Below, piece by piece: positions 39,091 to 52,675 of a stretch of DNA of 64,000 bases. The stretch's first letter is position 1, and every line of letters starts with the position of its first letter. Under the pieces are notes generated by a model. It saw only the letters and a program-made list of their open reading frames with translations, did no database searches and had not been told where the DNA came from. This stretch comes from Camelus ferus (Eukaryota): positions 81,718,001-81,782,000 of the forward strand of contig NC_045696.1 of NCBI RefSeq assembly GCF_009834535.1, in the 5' to 3' direction. Both the position numbers and the translations under genes were made by a program.

Positions 39091-42000
39091 AAGCTGCTGC
39101 TTTCCAAGGGTAAATAACAGAGCATTTTCCCACTCTCCACCCACCCATTCATTGCATAATCCCATAAGGTAGATGGAAATGACTGATTATACTGTGCTCA
39201 GAGGCTCATTCTAGACCTTGTTAGAATACCTACAATTTACTATCACCCACATTGTACTGGTCCATCTATCATATTATGAAGCTGGTTATGGAGGACACTT
39301 TCTAGTCTAGAGGATATATGTGATCAATGCCATCAAGGTATTCTCCTTGTACCACAGAAAACAGTGTACCCAAGAAAAAAGAAGGCAGGGTTCATGGCTC
39401 CCATCACTTGATTATGGAGCAAAGTTCACCCAAAATTCACTGTAAATGGCAGGTTATTAGATTTCTAATGCCAGAGACCAGATAATAGGGTTATTCGGAT
39501 AGAGTTAAGCAAGATTGGTAGTCGCCTAGAAAGTTAAAAAAAAAAAAAAAAAGGCAACTCCCAAACCATTTCCACTTCAGGGGCAAGGTGTTTTGCCTGA
39601 ATTGATCAGTGTGGTGCATTTAATTTAATGTACACAAAGTTTATAATGATAGTATTTCTTTTTAAGAAAAATCAATGAAACTCATTTTCTGTTTAAATTC
39701 ATTCTATGGAACCATATAAAGAGAGAAACAGGTGGTGTTTCAGTAAAGATTATACTGAAAAGAGAATCAGGGAAGAAAAAAAACCTAAGAACTGGTTTCT
39801 CAGGCAGGGCTTTGTAGGGTCATGATTGTCTCACAGTCCTGACCAAGCTTATTATGTATGGAAACTCAGTTTTATCAGTTCTATCCAGAGTCATCTAGTT
39901 CTGTAGAATCAAGCCATGCTCCCCAAATCCCAGGAGGCTTGATTTGTTAACTAGATGCCAATATAGTCATTTACAACATAGGATGCTTGTGAGTGTCACC
40001 CAGGCCATTCCACCCTGGTATCAGGATAGTAAGAAAACCAAATGAGTGATGGAAGGTGACTCTGAACACAACTTCAGGATCAAAGGAGTTGGACAGACAG
40101 CCTCAGGAAGTTTTCCATCCAGGCTAACAACAGGGACTAGACAATTCTTCCAAACTCCACTCAAGAATATCTTTCAGGTTACTAGAATAGTTGTGCCCTT
40201 CAAATAGTTGTGCCTTTCCCTAGTGTTGGAGAAATTTTGGAAAATTAGTTCAGTAGAAGATAGAAACTTTATCTAGTCTTGTGTATCTACCATCTCCTAT
40301 CAGGATATTATTTCATACATGTGAAAAATTCTTAACTCACAGCCTATCTTACATTGGTTTCACACTAGTCTCCTTTAGGGAGTTCTGGTAGATGTCCCAG
40401 TTTAACCATCAGTCATGAACAAGCCACCCTAGTGGTTGGGTTATTTCTGGAAGGGGCAAATCTCTTGTACTTTGTGCTGATTCTGTTTATTCCACCTCAG
40501 AGGGTGCCATGGTCTGACCTCGCTCTGAGAGCACTGGGTCTGGTCGATCCTTGTCAGTAGTCTTCGTGTATGGACCCTGACATTTAAAACTGTATTCATT
40601 AGTCACTCTCAATACAGAAAATACTCACGGGGTGACTGACTCATCCACAAAAATGCCAAAGGAATCAACCCTCAAAAGGTTTTTTTAAAAATCAGACGAC
40701 GACATCGTTACCTCTGAAAGAGGTCACACAACCATTTTAACTATTTTTATGCTCTCCTTGAGCTGACTAGTTATCCTGGTTCCAAGAAGGCACAAACTAT
40801 ACAGACGGTTTGGGATTCATTTCAAGTTCTTTCCTAGTCACAGACTTTTGACACACTTTCTATTACAGCATCACAACACAGAGGAAGAAAATATCTGAAT
40901 GAGTAGAGACTGTCGTGCCAGAAATAAATTCCTAATATAGACAACTAAAACATGCCACTATAAAACTTAACTGTCAAAATAGAAACAAGGCTTCTCTGTT
41001 TCAATACTACCCTAGTGACTAGCCTGTGTTCTTCTCTTCTGCCCCCAAGTCTATTCCAAACCATTATAAATAATACTATGGTGCCAACACAGCACATTAA
41101 GAATCTGAGGAGAACTTGTCAGTTGAGCCTTATGATGTCATCTCCTTACATATGTGACTCCAATATGGCAAGTTACTGAGTGTTCCTAAAGTCAAGGACA
41201 ATTACATAGCTACATCACAATACCTCCGATAATAGTAACAACAGCTCACATTTACTCATTTAATCCTATGATGTTGGTAGTATTCTACACATGAGAATTA
41301 CCGAATTTAAATGACTTGTCCAAAGTCTGATAGCAAGATTCAAATGCTGTGCCATCTGACACCCAAATCCTCCCCATCCCTACTGCCTATCCACAATTAA
41401 AAAAATTCTCTCTGAAGCAGACCAAGCCTAATGTGTCTCACATGAGTGCATAAATGATAAGAATAACTTTGCAGATCTACCTTCATGGTCTTGTCAGAGG
41501 ATTAGACCCAGGGGTCCAAAGACTTGGTGTGGGCCTTTGAGTAAGTCATACCTTTTCTAGACCTCAGTCACTCCATCTAAGAAAGAGAAAAATAGCGGCT
41601 CTTTATTCATTTAGTTATTCACTCTTCAACAAATCTGCTAAAAACTGAAGCTACAATGGGAAAAAAAAAAAACACTGATTAGGAGCTGTTAATAAAAATA
41701 GGAACCACTGTTGAGAATATTGTTACTAAAATAAAAACAATACTAAGTCCCAACTGCCTACGGTTGGAGGACTGCCTTCAAGATGGATCGTTTTGGTTTA
41801 GTTTTCTTAATCAGTGAAGTGATTTGAATTCTTCCCATGCAACTGCCAAATAAACAAAAGTACAGCCCCAACTGACCGCTGTAATGCAAGGAACTACTCA
41901 CACAAACAACGGCCTAGATCCTCAAACTTCTTGTGAACAGTTTCTGAAGACAAATTTGTCCTGAACAGTCAGCGATGCACAATACATCTCTAGGCTTAAA

Positions 42001-43103
42001 TTAATATTCTAGAACTTTGAAGTGCATTTTCATTTGCCTACAGGAACTCATTTTTTTCAGCAAAGGTTGAGATTATGTGATTACCCTAAAGCAAGAACAT
42101 TGTACAGAAAGACTAATAAGCTGTAATGGGACAACTGATGGCAAAGGGGATATTTATTAAGCAAAACAGAACGGGGGATTTGAAAGGAAGGGAAGTAATT
42201 TGAAAGACCAGTTTGTTCAGTTTAAGAGAATTCTAAAGTCTAATCTTGCTGATGGACTAGAGGATATTTAAAAAATGTTGAATGAGAGAGTTAAAAAGAA
42301 AATCAAGTCAACAAACAAGGAGGGGGAAGAGATTGCATTCTTTCTAAAGTACTTTCCCTTCAAAGGAAGAGTTGGTGTGGGAGGCGCAGGCGCATTTACT
42401 GGGCAGAGAGAAGTGAGATGCATTTCCTTCCCCCCAATCAAAGTCTTTATCAGTGACCCAGGCTTAAGAACAAGAGGCACATCTCACATGTATATAAGCA
42501 GATGGCTCTTTCTCAGTTCTGAATCATTCAATATGTCCCCAATTTTCAGAAGTCACTTGGCAAAAGGCATCATCACAAAGCCATTAACTGATGATCCCAA
42601 ATTCACCAAGCCTAGAAGTCTAATTTATATACAGGAAACTATTTGGACTTTTAAGGTAATTATCTCCCCTTAAGACAAGGTCATCAGCCTTTCCTAGCAT
42701 AAGACTAAAACAAAACAAAAACAAGCTCTCAAAGTCAAGGGGAAACCACTGTCGTTAGAAAATAAAATAAATTTGCCAACCTAATCTCTCATCTTAGCTT
42801 GTTTGCATGGCCAGTTTCTCATCAAAAAGCAGGAAAGTATCAGTTATAAATAGAATGCTAAAATGTAAGTTACGGCTTGACTGCATCACATCACTCAGGG
42901 TGGTCCATTTTAAACTTTGCTTTAAATGTTAAAGCAAAGACCTCAGTGTTGGCTTTTTGGGGTTTTGTGGGGGTTTTTAGTTGTTTGTTTTGTTTTTAAT
43001 GAACTATAAGGTGATCCTCACCAGAATTTGTTGCTCAGTTGCTTGGAGTTTTTTGGAGAAGTATCTCATTACAAGCTTGATGGCTATAAGATTAGTAAAG
43101 CTC

Positions 43104-43317
43104 AAGATTTTCGAACAATAACTAGTATACATAAAATAGATAAACAACAAGTTTCTTCTGTATAGCACAGATAATTATATTCAATATCTTGTAGTAACCT
43201 ATAATGAGAAAGAACGTGAAAACGAATATATGTATTTATATGTATGACTGAAACAGCATGCTGAACACCAGAAATAATTGATGCATTGTCAACTGACTAT
43301 ACTTCAATTAAAAAAAA
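43104..43317 (+). mobile_element. 5'-truncated L1 3' end with poly(A) and perfect 16-bp TSD
   Basis: TSD aagattagtaaagctc at 43088-43103 and 43318-43333; body aaacaacaagtttcttctgtatagcacag...actatacttcaattaaaaaa. Confidence 0.92.
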
Positions 43318-46300
43318 AAGATTAGTAAAGCTCCTCTCTCCTGGACTTTGAATGCTGAGCTAAGGAGATTAGGCTTTAAGCCACAGGCAGTGGGAGCCAC
43401 CAAAGGCTTTGGTACAGTGAAGTTTTGACCAGAAGAGTGACAGAAGACAGTGAGTGGGAAAGATGAGGGACACAGAGAGAGATGGCAGAAATAGAAAAGT
43501 CAAGCCAGAGATTAAATTATGTAAAATGTACAAGAAAAAGAGCATTTCATAGCTGTAGGATCAGGGGCCATTGTTGCTATTTCTTGGCTGGTGTTGAACC
43601 ACGTTGCCCAGATCTTGAGATGAGCACAGCTCCAGGACTGCAGAGAGAGAGCGCCCTCCCTCCTGGGCTTCACACCTGACTTCAGTGTCTCCCCTCTTCT
43701 CTCAACTGCCAGAAGCCCCTCCCATCTTGTGGTAAATGGGTTGGTGGGGGTGGGCAGGAGTGCTGAGATAGGGGAAAACCATATGAGCTTTGCGTGCCTT
43801 GAACCATGGTGCCAAGGATGCACCACAGGGAAGTGCAAAAGGGGTGGTGGCTTCAGGTCAGCCTCCCTCCAGCCATGTGTGCCTCACCTTGCACAGGTCT
43901 CTTTGCATTTCTGGGCCTGAGATGCCTCATCTGTAAGACAGAAAGGCTACCATGGATGATTGCCATACTTCTTTCCATCTTGGATATTTATCACAGCAGC
44001 AGTGTATTATTAAAGATGCATTGCATGGACCATATTCAATTCAATTCAATTCCAGGGTGAACCACTGTACAAAATGCCAAAGCTCCTAAAGGCTTGATTT
44101 TCTCCCTTTATTTTTCCTCCCTCCATTTCCTATATTTTTCCATTATTTTTCTGATGCAGTATTTTCCCCCACTTCCATTTTTCCCCTTCATTTCCTGGTG
44201 ACAGCAGGGAAGGGGCTGTTTCAATAGGACAAGAAGCTGAGATCATCTGTTTATTGACAGGACAAGAAGGGGCCAGGGTCTAGCCAGCCAGCTCTTTTCC
44301 ACGTTTTTCTGCTGGTGCCCCTCAACCCATTACCAGCAAGAAAAGGAAGTTGAACTCAGCCTCCCTCCTAACATATTTTTTTTTATCACAGCTTTCTTTC
44401 TCTGCCAAGCTGCAGGCTCCCAGATGTTCTAGGCAACTCTCTCCCTCAGCTGCCTGCAATCCAAGCAAGGTGATTGTTGTCAACCATTTTCCCTGAGAAA
44501 AATCATACAGAGGGAGGAGATTTACACAAGTCTTACTGTAGTTTAGCTTGACAATAATTAATACTCACATGTATGCACACAGTCCCAGCCTCCTACCTGC
44601 AACTGATTCTGCTTAAGGCTCGGCCTGCTTCAGATCCAGAGAGTCAGCAGAGCCATGGAGGCCTCACTTCCAAGGAAAGGATGGAACCCTGAATTAGTCA
44701 TTTAGTCTCTTGAGCTACTATTGCATTTAAGAACCATCAACTCCTTGTCTTGCTCATCTCAGCTGAAGCCAAGCTCAGTTCCAGTCTCCCCTATTTTGCT
44801 GCCCTACACCACCCTTACCCCCAGCCCAGGGCTCCCGACCCACTACTTGGGTTTCTCACTTCCTACACCAGCCTGGTTACTATTCCAAGGGCAACTTTAT
44901 TGTCTTAAAAGAAAGAGAACCAGGCTGGTATAGGAAGTGAGAATCTACTTCTCCTGGTCCTCATAGCCTAAGGAGACTAGAGATTTCCTCCTAAAAATCC
45001 AGGATTCTGTGACAAGAATCAGATTATTGGGTGGCTAGAAATATTTTAAAAATCAAACACTCGATTCCCAAGAGAGGCCTATGTGGGTCTACATGAGCCC
45101 AAAGCTGGAGAGCTGAGGAAAGACTTAGGTCCCAAAAAAGTGTTATAAAAAGCGTTAAGTCACTATTAAAATTAGAAGTAGGAGTTGGTCTAGCCCCATA
45201 TCCTCGAGTATTAACAAGAATATTTGTCTTTTAATCTAGTGTGTACCAGCCACTTCATATATATTAACATGAATTAGTACAATAATCCTATAAGATGGGC
45301 GTTTTTATGCCCACTTTTTAGATAAAGAAACCAAGGATCAGAAAGACTGTAAACTTGTAACAGGTGGGGCAAGGACTCTAACACAGATCTGTCTGACTTC
45401 AGAGCCTATAGCCTATTACTTCTACACCGTGAAAACTTAAACCTAATAAAATAAAACCAAGCCAATGAACTGGAGGCAGACCTCTTGGGTCCTGGGACTT
45501 CCATCTCTAACCAGCAGTGTGACTCTGGGCACATCTTTCAGGTTACACTTTCCTTATTGATGAAATGAGAGTTTCAGATCCAATTATTTCTCCCAGTTCC
45601 AGCACCTGGGAGTGTGCTTTCTCATCCCTGCATGTCTCTGCCACAGAGCCAGCAGCTAAAATCTTACCTCAGCACAACAGATCTCTTAACAACAGGAAGT
45701 GCCACTTCAGAGGCTCTGGAAATGACTCAAAAAATAATTCTGTTCTCCAGAAAGAACCTGTAATTTATATGACTGTGATTACCCACTGGTCAGGGCCTGC
45801 CTAGGTAACATTCACCGCAGTTTATTTCACCAGCATTCCACTTCACAGCACTTTCTGACGACACTGGAGGGAGGATCTGTGCCTAATTTTCTGTCATCTA
45901 TGTGTTCAAAGGGGTAGTGACTCAAAAATGAAACAGGGATAAAAGATTACACACCCACACACACCTCGTACGTGAAAATCCATTACAAGAACGTGTTAAC
46001 GGTAGATAGGGCTGGGGTTATTTACTGGCAAGGATTCCTCATTTAATAAAAGGAATCAGCAGGATTCCTAAATAGCTTATGTTTACACTCTGTCAGAGAC
46101 TGAACTTGATGGAGTGATGGATACTGAATCCAGCGCTGACTGGATTGAGCTGGGTGCAGATCAAAACCAAAGGGGGAATGTGTGTTATTTAATGGGAAAG
46201 TAAGATACTCTGTTTGGAAAAGCTTGCTTCACACACAACCTTTAGGAACCGGTATTTGCTGAGGTGATGTGAGTGTCCCTTCTATGTGGCAGGAGCCCTG

Positions 46301-46769
46301 TGGGTATGAATCTATTCAGAGGAGCTGCATGCACAGTGGAGAGGAAGGGAGAGGTGAAGTGGAGGCAAGATGGGAGGGAGTCCCATTTCTGCTTAGAAAG
46401 GCATCATGGTAGTAAATATTGTATTGACTTTAAACAAACTGAAAGGACATTGCTAGAAGAGAAGATGATATATGGTGCAATTCTTTGAGTTAAACAGCCA
46501 AAAATGAAGCTTCATCTCAGCCATCCAGAATATCAACAGGGCTCCTTTGGTCAATATGTTAACCGTTAAAGAGAGTTTGACAAGCGAAAACAGTATTTCT
46601 TGTAGCAAGGCCGGCAATCAGACAACGCCAGCATAAACAATAACTCCCAGAAGGAACTGGGAAATTTTATTACTGACTCTGTGGTTTACCATGTCCTGAC
46701 CCACAAACAATAATACATTATCAACAAACGCCACAGATAGCCTTTTCAAATTCATACTACTTTTCCACA

Positions 46770-46965
46770 CGGCATTTCTTATTTAATCCTCTTCACAACC
46801 CTGCAGGGCAAGTAGAGTGAATATACTGTTTTCATTTTTAGACAAAGAGCCTGAGGTTCAGAAAGGTACACTGATTTGTCTAAAGACACAATTTTTCTAA
46901 CAAAAGATTAGTTTAAAACCCTGGATTTCTGACTCTTAGTCCAGTGCTCTCTCCACAATACCCCA
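46770..46965 (-). mobile_element. MIR SINE
   Basis: tttaatcctcttcacaaccctg ... catttttagacaaagagcctgaggttcagaaagg ... tctgactcttagtccagtgctct. Confidence 0.7.
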
Positions 46966-47649
46966 GTAGGATCTGAAGCTTGGGGTACCCCCATCTATAT
47001 CAGTTTAAGTAATAGCTTATACATTTTGTGTGAAGATACACACACAGCAATTGCCCACACTGGGAAGTTTGTGAATCAATCAATCAATCAATATTTGTTG
47101 CACTAAGTTTGCTAGGTTTTACCTCAATCCTGAAAAAGACTAAAACATGGGTCATGTCCTTAGGGAGCTGACACCTGTGTTGGGCTTAGACTGTGAAGGG
47201 ACTTGATGTCACAAGATGTACTATCAGAAGTAGTATTAGCATCAATTAAGGCTCAGAGAATGAAGCAGTGAAAGAAAGAGTTGGATGAAAAAAATGGGAG
47301 AGTGAGGGGAAGAGAAGTTGTAAGACCCAGGACAGGGCACCAGTGCTTAAGGAGTTGACTTTGAAGGCCCCTGTAGGAGGGACTGTAGATTTAGGCCCAC
47401 TGGAAGAGAATATCTGGAACTGACACCCCTACTTAGATCTAGGATCTTCAAAGGACCTCATTTGTAGTGGAAGGAGAAACTGAAAAATACTACCCACTGC
47501 ATCCGTGATCATCAAAGAAGCTTACCTCTGCCCAGTGTTCTGAATAGAGACCAAAAAAAAAATGTAGCATGAAAAATCAAAACCTCAAGCCTTTCCATGC
47601 AAGGGTTTGGAGTCTAGATTCATACGACTCAACTCAGTATGATAATCCC

Positions 47650-49370
47650 AAGACTGAGAATTCAATATAAAAAATTGGGCCACAAATACCCATGAGGCAT
47701 CTGGCAGAATAAAAAAGCAAAACAATTCTGGAAGGAAGCTCCCACAGCCCAGGTCAGATGGGAGGTCCCAGACAAAACAAATTTCACTGAAGTTAAGTCA
47801 CAATCAAAAATTATAAAACATATAAAGAAATACTCCCCCTTGAGTCCGAATTGAGTTAACACAAAGAACTGGAGGTTATCCCAAGAACCTGAGATAACAG
47901 GAAATGTAAAGAAGACTATGAAATAAATGAGTTCAAAATAATTTAAAAACTAAAAGGAAGTGGGGGAGAGGATCACAAAGAAAGAATAAGATGTCACGGG
48001 TAAAAAATAAATGGTTTGAAAAAGAACCAACTGAATTTTTAGAAATGAAAATATGGCTATTGAAATATAAAGCTTAAGGAGGAGATAACACACAGCTGGA
48101 GAATTGAAATAGAGGATAATGACCAAGGCAGTGGGGACTTAAAAACAAGATAGGAATAAATAGTAACTAACAGTAACACTGAAGAATGAGGGAAACTGGT
48201 AAGAGCAAACGGAGTTAAAGACACTCCTTGCATGCAGAAAGTAGGCAAAGATATTGACTAGCTTCATATTTTAGGTCACAGACATAAAGAACAAACTTAT
48301 GGTTACCAGAGAGTACAGGGGTGAGAAGGGATAAATTGGGAGTTTGAGATTTGCAGATACGAACTACTATATATAAAATATATAAACAACAAGTTTCTTC
48401 TGTATAGCACAGGGAACTATACTCAATATTTTGTAGTAATGAAAAAGAATATGAAAAGGAATATGTGTATGTATATGTACCACTGAAATATCATGCTGTA
48501 CACCAGAAATTGACACAACATTGTAAACAGACTATACTTCAATTAAAAAAAAGTTTTAATAAAAAAAGAGTAACTAGAAAAATAATAGATTGTATAATAA
48601 CCAAATGTGTAAAAAGGAAAACTTCTTCAGTCCTATGGGAAAAAAAAAGGAGTATGGGAGAAGCAAAAAGAAAAAAGACATGCTAAATACACAACAAAAT
48701 ATTATAGTGGAAATAAATCTAAATATTATGGTACTCCAAAAATTTAAACATATTAAGTGAGTAAGTTTAAGGTTCTAAGGGTAGATTTTTAATATTTTAT
48801 TTAAGGTATACACTTGAAAAACAAAAGACACAGAAAGGCCTAACATTAAGGGATAGATATAATATAATCAACATTTTTCAAATACTAATTAAAAGAGGAT
48901 GTTATAACTCTGCTAATATCAGACAAAATAATTTTAGATAAAATATATTTATTATAAATAAAAATGATAATAATATGATAAAAGGAAAAACTTATTAAGA
49001 ATATATAATGATTCTGAAACTGTATATCCCTAATAATATAACCTCAAAATATATGAAGCAAAAGTTGTCAAATGGATAAAATGCCCAAATGTGAAAAGCT
49101 AAATTAAAAAATTTTATATAAATGTATAAAATAAAATCTTTATGATGTCAGAATAGGGAAGGATTTCTTACACAAATTACACACAAACATACAAACAGTA
49201 AATCATAAGGGAAAATATTATAAATTTGACTACATTAATATTAAAGATTTCTGTACAATAAAAGACACTATTAAAAAAAGAAGACAAGCCACAGATTCAA
49301 TATAACAGTGCATTATAAGCCACATATAAAAAAATTAGAATGCAGAGTGAATGTTAAAATAGAATGAGTA
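47650..49370 (+). mobile_element. Ancient LINE-1 (L1ME-like) fragments, left part of the host element
   Basis: Very A-rich degenerate L1 text: ctaatatcagacaaaata, acctcaaaatatatgaagcaaaag, gggaaggatttctta, aatttgactacattaa, aagacaagccacag. Confidence 0.65.
48275..48552 (+). mobile_element. 5'-truncated lineage-specific L1 3' end
   Basis: cacagacataaagaacaaacttatggttacc...gggagtttgagatttgcagatac...tgtatagcacagggaactata...actatacttcaattaaaaaaaa. Confidence 0.88.
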
Positions 49371-49970
49371 CCGCATCTTCTTTACCCAGTCATCTGTTGA
49401 TGGACACTTAGGTTGCTTCCATGCCTTGGGTATTGTAAATAGTGCTGCTATGAACATTTGGGTGCATGTATCTTTTCAAATTAGAGTTTTCTCCAGATAT
49501 ATACCCAGGAGTGGGATTGCTGAAAAATAATGGTATGTATATTTTTAGTTTTTTAAGGACTCTCCATACTGTTTTCCATAATGGCTGCACCAAACTACAT
49601 TTCCACCAACAGAGTAAGAGGGTTCCCTTTTCTCCCCACCCTCTCTAGTATTTATCATTTGTGGACTTCTGAATGATGGCCTTCTGACTAGTGTGAGATA
49701 ATACCTCATTATAGGATTAATTTGCACTTCCTTAAGAGTTAGTGATATTGAGCATTTTTTCATGCACCAATCGGCAGTTTGTATGTTTTCATTGGAGAAA
49801 TGTTTGTTTAGGTCTTCTGCCCATTTTTTAATGGTGTTATTTTTTTGTTGTTGTTACTGAGGTGTTTATTTTTGCTTTTGTTTCTATTGTCTTGTTAGAC
49901 TCCCCGAGGAGAACATTGCTAAGATTTTTATAATGTTTTACCTATGTTTTCTTCCAGGAGGTTTATAATG

Positions 49971-51772
49971 CCTTTTTTTTTTTTTTTAACATTTTTTATT
50001 GATTTATAATCATTTTACAATGTGGTGTCAAATTCCAGTGTTCAGCACAATTTTTCAGTCATACATGGACATATACACCCTCATTGTCACATTTTTTTCT
50101 CTGTTAGTTACCATAACGTTTTGCGTAAATTTCCCTGTGCTATACAGTATAATCTTGTTTATCTATTCTACAATTTTGAAATCCCAGTCTATCCCTTCCC
50201 ACCCTCCGCCCCCCTGGCAACCACAAGTCTGTATTCTCTGTCTATGAGTCTATTTCTGTCCTGTATTTATGCTTTGTTTTTGTTTGTTTGTTTGTTTTTT
50301 AGATTCCACATATGAGCGATCTCATATGGTATTTTTCTTTCTTTTTCTGGCTTACTTTGCTTAGAATGACATTCTCCAGGAGAATCCATGTTGCTGCAAA
50401 TGGCGTTATGTTGTCGGTTTTTATGGCTGAGTAGTATTCCATTGTATAAATATACCACCTCTTCTTTATCCAGTCACCTGTTGATGGACATTTAGGCTGT
50501 TTCCATGTCTTGGCTATTGTAAATAGTGCTGCTATGAACATTGGGGTGCAGGTGTCATCCTGAAGTAGATTTCCTTCTGGATACAAGCCCAGGAGTGGGA
50601 TTCCTGGGTCATACGGTAAGTCTATTCATAGTCTTTTGAGGAATCTCCACACTGTTTTCCATAGTGGCTGCACCAAACTGCATTCCCAGTAACAGTGTAG
50701 GAGGGTTCCCCTTTCTCCACAGCCTCTCCAGCATTTGTCATTTGTGGATTTTTGAATGACGGCCATTCTGACTGGTGTGAGGTGATACCTCATTGTAGTT
50801 TTGATTTGCATTTCTCTGATAATTAGTGATATTGAGCATTTTTTCATGTGCTTTTTGATCATTTGTATGTCTTCCTTGGAGAACTGCTTGTTTAGGATCT
50901 TCTGCCCATTTTTGGATTGGGTTGTTTATTTTTTTCTTATTGAGTCGTATGAGCTGCTTATATATTCTGGAGATCAAGCCTTTGTCGGTTTCATTTGCAA
51001 AAATTTTCTCCCATTCCATAGGTTGTCTTCTTGTTTTACTTCCGGTTTCCTTTGCTGTGCAGAAGCTTGTAAGTTTCATTAGGTCCCATTTGTTTATTCT
51101 TGCTTTTATTTCTACTAGGAGAAAATTTTTGAAATGTATGTCAGATAATGTTTTGCCTATGTTTTCCTCTAGGAGGTTTATTGTGTCTTGTCTTATGTTT
51201 AAGTCTTTAATCTATTTTGAGTTGATTTTTGTATATGGTGTAAGGGAGTGTTCTAGCTTCATTGTTTTACATGCTGCTGTCCAGTTTTCCCAACACCATT
51301 TGCTGAAGAGACTGTCTTTATTCCATTGTATATTCTTGCCTCCTTTGTCAAAGATTAGTTGACCAAAAGTTTGTGGGTTCATTTCTGGGCTCTCTATTCT
51401 GTTCCACTGGTCTTCATGTCTGTTTTTGTACCAATACCATGCTGTCTTGATGACTGCAGCTCTATAGTATTGTCTGAAGTCTGGGAGAGTTATTCCTCCA
51501 GCCTCTTTCTTTCTCTTCAGTAATGCTTTGGCAATTCTAGGTCTTTGATGGTTCCATATAAATTTTATTATGATTTGTTCTAGTTCTGTGAAATATGTCC
51601 TGGGTAATTTGATAGGGATTGCATTAAATCTGTAGACTGCCTTGGGCAGTGTGACCATTTTAACAATATTGTTTCTTCCAATCCAAGAGCATGGGATATC
51701 TTTCCATTTTTTAAAGTCTTCTTTAATTTCCTTCGTCAATGGTTTATAGTTCTCTGTGTATAATTCTTTCAC
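49971..51772 (-). mobile_element. Younger 5'-truncated L1 (about 1.8 kb) with poly(A) tail and 17-bp TSD
   Basis: Poly-T at about 49973-49987; TSD ccaggaggtttataatg at 49954-49970 and 51773-51789. Confidence 0.93.
50299..51772 (-). pseudogene. Disrupted LINE-1 ORF2p C-terminal region (post-RT segment and Cys/His zinc-knuckle)
   Basis: [88 protein letters not shown] spread over several frames with stops. Confidence 0.93.
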
Positions 51773-52049
51773 CCAGGAGGTTTATAATGTCTTGCCTTAT
51801 GTTTAAGTCGTTAAGCCATTTTGAGTTTATTTTTGTGTTATGGTGTGAGGGAGTGTTCTAACTTCATTGATTTACATGTAGCTGTCCAACTTTCCCAACA
51901 TCACTTGCTGAAGAGGCTATCTTTTCTCCATTGTATATTCTTGCCTCTAAATTCTCTTTTGAAGCAAATTTTACATTGGCTATCAGAGGTGGAGAGAAAC
52001 AGCACAGGAGGTCTGCATTTCCCATATTTTAGCATCTTCCACAAGAAGT

Positions 52050-52675
52050 CTTACACATGTCTGGAAGCATAAATTTCTGCAACCACTTTAGAGAGCAATT
52101 TGGCAATATCTAGTAAAGTTAAAGGTCCCCCCATTTTATACTCCAGCAACTCTAACCACACACATAAGGAGACATATAATGCAAGGATATTCACTGCAGC
52201 ATTGTTTGTATTCATGGTGAAAAGAGAAATAATCAAACTGCTAGTATTGGGAAAATGAGAAAATAAATTAGTATATTTATACAGTAAGATATTGTATCTG
52301 AGTTAAAATAGATTATCTAGACGTAGAGACAGATCAATCTCCAAAATAAAAATCTGAGTGAAAAGCTAGTTGATACTATTTTTAAACATTATGAACACAT
52401 ACAAAACAATAATCTATAAGGATACAACTTATGGGGTTAAAAAATGTTTAAAACATCCATAGGAAAGATGTATACCATCTCCAGGACAGTAGTTACCTCC
52501 ATGGAGAAAGAGAGGTGAGATGAAATAGAGGAGTCTTAGCTATTAACTGGTAACTTTTATTTATTTTCATAAAGAGAGATCCATAGCAAAATTGTTAAAA
52601 TCTGTTAAACAGGAGGGGATGATATTGCTTTCTATACTTTTGTGTATATCTGAAATATTTCATAATTTAAATTTT
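52050..52675 (+). mobile_element. Ancient LINE-1 (L1ME-like) 3' region, right part of the host element
   Basis: aaccactttagagagcaatttggcaatatctagtaaag, gcaaggatattcactgcagcattgtttgta, tgaaatatttcataat. Confidence 0.7.

Larger units (their letters stand above)
49370..51947 (-). mobile_element. Older lineage L1 ORF2 C-terminal fragment (49370-49970 and 51790-51947), split by a younger L1
   Basis: ORFs 49408-49593 ([17 protein letters not shown]) and 49545-49763 (MKKCSISL..) are L1 ORF2-like; the sequence is collinear across the insertion. Confidence 0.88.

Noticed and set aside
40186..40219. 17-bp tandem duplication aatagttgtgcc(c/t)ttc
   Set aside because: Ordinary slippage duplication with no further structure.
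48275..51947. Possible twin-primed (5'-inverted) single L1 made of the plus tail at 48275 and the minus body at 49370
   Set aside because: Order and orientation do not fit twin priming, and about 800 bp of ancient L1 separates the two pieces.
49999..52072. Plus-strand ORFs of 82-146 aa
   Set aside because: Antisense readings of L1 sequence, not genes.
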